From NCBI RefSeq assembly GCF_001447785.1, contig NW_015173766.1, positions 33,324-97,323 of the forward strand: a stretch of 64,000 nucleotides of DNA, read 5' to 3'. The DNA is from Gekko japonicus (Eukaryota). Made by a program: the position numbers and the translations under genes. Under the pieces are notes generated by a model. It had not been told where the DNA came from. It saw only the letters and a list, made by a program, of their open reading frames with translations, and did not search any database. Positions 61,830-64,000 of the stretch are shown in pieces (the first letter of the stretch is position 1; each line of letters starts with the position of its first letter).

Positions 61830-64000
61830 GTTTGTTTGTTTATTTAACTTTTACCCCGCCGAAGCAGGCTCAGGGCGGCTCACATAAAACCAATAAAACA
61901 ATATACATTTCAATATAAAATCCATAATAAACATTTTAAAACAGTTGATATAATGATGGCGGTGCAATATACTAAAGTGCATTTAAGAACACATTCAGCG
62001 GTGCTACCACTCTAGGTAACTTCTAGCTCTAGGTCGACACAGGGCATGGCTGATGCACCTCCTATCGGAATGCCTGCTGGAAAAGCTTCATTTTCATGCC
62101 CTGCGGGACTGTGACAGGTCTCGCAGGGCCCTAATCTCACCAGGGAGTTCATTCCAATAGGTCAGAGTCACCAAAGAGAATGTCCTGGTCCTCGTCAATG
62201 TCAGCCTGGCGTCCTTCAGCCCAGGGAGAGCCAAGCAGTTTTGTGAACCTCTCTGGGAAATATGAGGGGAAAGGCAGTCCCTCGGGTAGGCAGGTCCCTG
62301 ACCATAAAGGGCTTTAAAGGTCAGAACCAGCACCTTGAAGTGAATCCAGTATGCTATTGGCAGCCAGTGAAATGACTTTAGGGCAGGCCAGATGTGCTCC
62401 CGCACAGGGAGCCCCATCAGCAGCCTGGCTGCCGCATTTTGCACCAGCTGCAGCTTCCGGAGTTGCACCAAGGGCAGCCCCATGTAGAGAGCGTTGCAGT
62501 AGTCCAAGTTTGAGGTTACCATTGCGTGGATCACTGAAGCCAGATCATTGTGTTCGAGGAAGGGAACCAACTGCCTAATCAGCCGGAGGTGTTAAAAGGC
62601 TGCCTTGGCAGTGGCTGCTACCTGGGCCTCCATTGTCAGGGAGGCATCCAGGAACACTCCCAAGCTCCTGACCCTTGGTACTGGCACCAACGGCACCCCA
62701 TCAAAGGCTGGTAGTGGGATCCCTAGTCCTGAACTGCTCCGATTCAGGCACAGGACCTCCGTCTTCATCTGATTCAATTTCAATCGGCTCAGTCTAAGCC
62801 ATCCAGCCATGTCCTGTAGCGCCTGGTCCAGATCTTCCGGGCTAGAGTCAGACTGACCGCCCAACAACAGATAGAGCTGGGTGTCATCCATGTATTGGTG
62901 ACACCCTAGCCCATGCCTCTGGGCAAGGGGGCGCATATAGATGTTGAAAAGCATCAGGGAAAGCACCACCCCTTGAGGCACTCTACAAGTTAGTGGGTGC
63001 CTTCGGGACAGCTGCTCCCCAATCGCCACCCTTTGTCCCCTACCTTGTAGAAAGGAGACAAGACATTGCAAGGTAAGCCCCTGAATCCCCATGTTGGTGA
63101 GGCAGTGGGCGAGTAACTGGTGATCAACCATGTCGAACGCTGTCAACAGGTCCAACAACAACAGCACCACTGTCCCGCCCCAATCCAGATGCCTCCGGAG
63201 GTCATCTGGGAGGGTGACCAGCGATGTCTCCATCCCATAGCCTCGGTGGAAGCCGGACTGGAAGGGATCTATATCACCATCACCCTCTCTATTAATTTGC
63301 CCAAATAGGGCAAATTGGAAACCAGCCAATAGTTAGCCAATTCAGCCGGATCCAGAGATGGTTTTTTTCAGGAGAGGACGAACCATCACTTCCTTGAGAA
63401 CCCCCGGGAACAGCCCCTCAGAGAGGGACTTGTGGATAATATCCCTAATAGCACCTCGACACCCCTCGCGGCCAGCTTTAATTAGCCAAGAAGGGCACAG
63501 GTCAAGACTGCATGTGGTTGGGCATACAGTTGAGATCAGTCTGTCAACTTCCTCTAGGCTGAGTGAACTGAAATAATCCAGAATGGGACTGGAAGATGTG
63601 CATGGAGCCTCGAGTTCACTCACTGTCTCAACTGTGGTGGGAAGGTTGCAGCGGAGTGACAAGACTTTATCTGCAAAATAGCTCGCGAAGGCCTCACAGC
63701 CAATATCCAGTTCCCTAGTGTTTTGTCTGTCCTGTGGCAAGACTGTTAAAGACCGAATTGTTTTATACAATTGTGCAGATGCAATCATGGCTACATAGAA
63801 CTCCCTCTTCACAGTTTTGACTGCCATCTCATAGGATGCTCTTGTTGCTTTGTCGCGAGTACACCACCATTGTCTCTCTAGCTGTCTGAGCCTTTGCGTC
63901 ATCAGCCTCAGCTCCTGGGTATACCAGGGAGCCAGCCTAGAGCGAGGGCGCAGAGGGCGTCTGGGAGCGATCTTGTCGATGGCCGTCACGAGTCGGGCAT
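61830..64000 (-). mobile_element. L2-clade LINE, reverse transcriptase region (degraded, runs off the window)
   Basis: FQSGF..GYGMETSLV, LLLLDLLTAFDMVDH, VPQGVVLSLMLFNIYM, QYMDDTQLY, HAMVTSNLDYCNALYMGLP across frameshifted ORFs 62094-63989; (AAAC/AAAT) tail at 61830. Confidence 0.95.

Overview
Vertebrate nuclear DNA from a squamate, most likely a gecko: it carries Sauria/Squam1, Squam2-like, Squam3-like and 5S-derived SINEs, plus CR1, L2, L1, Penelope and many hAT MITEs. The assembly looks short-read, with two N gaps (18989-19583, 38483-38639), each directly after a G run. I cannot recognise any host protein-coding exon; the window looks intronic or intergenic, and nearly all ORFs in the track are transposon remnants or chance frames. 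Main points of interest: (1) a TSD-bounded L1-derived insertion with 5'UTR, ORF1, polyA and no ORF2 (HAL1-like, 38034-40275); (2) a ~200-250 nt non-repeat-looking segment that hand-folds into a multi-branch, G-U-rich RNA structure on the minus strand (36050-36300); (3) a ~3.2 kb near-identical tandem duplication whose second unit appears to have mis-extended gap flanks, including a copia RNase H fragment; (4) hAT MITEs carrying repeated KLF + octamer motif pairs; (5) several long hairpins and a Penelope hammerhead-like core. Family names come from motif recognition, not database searches.
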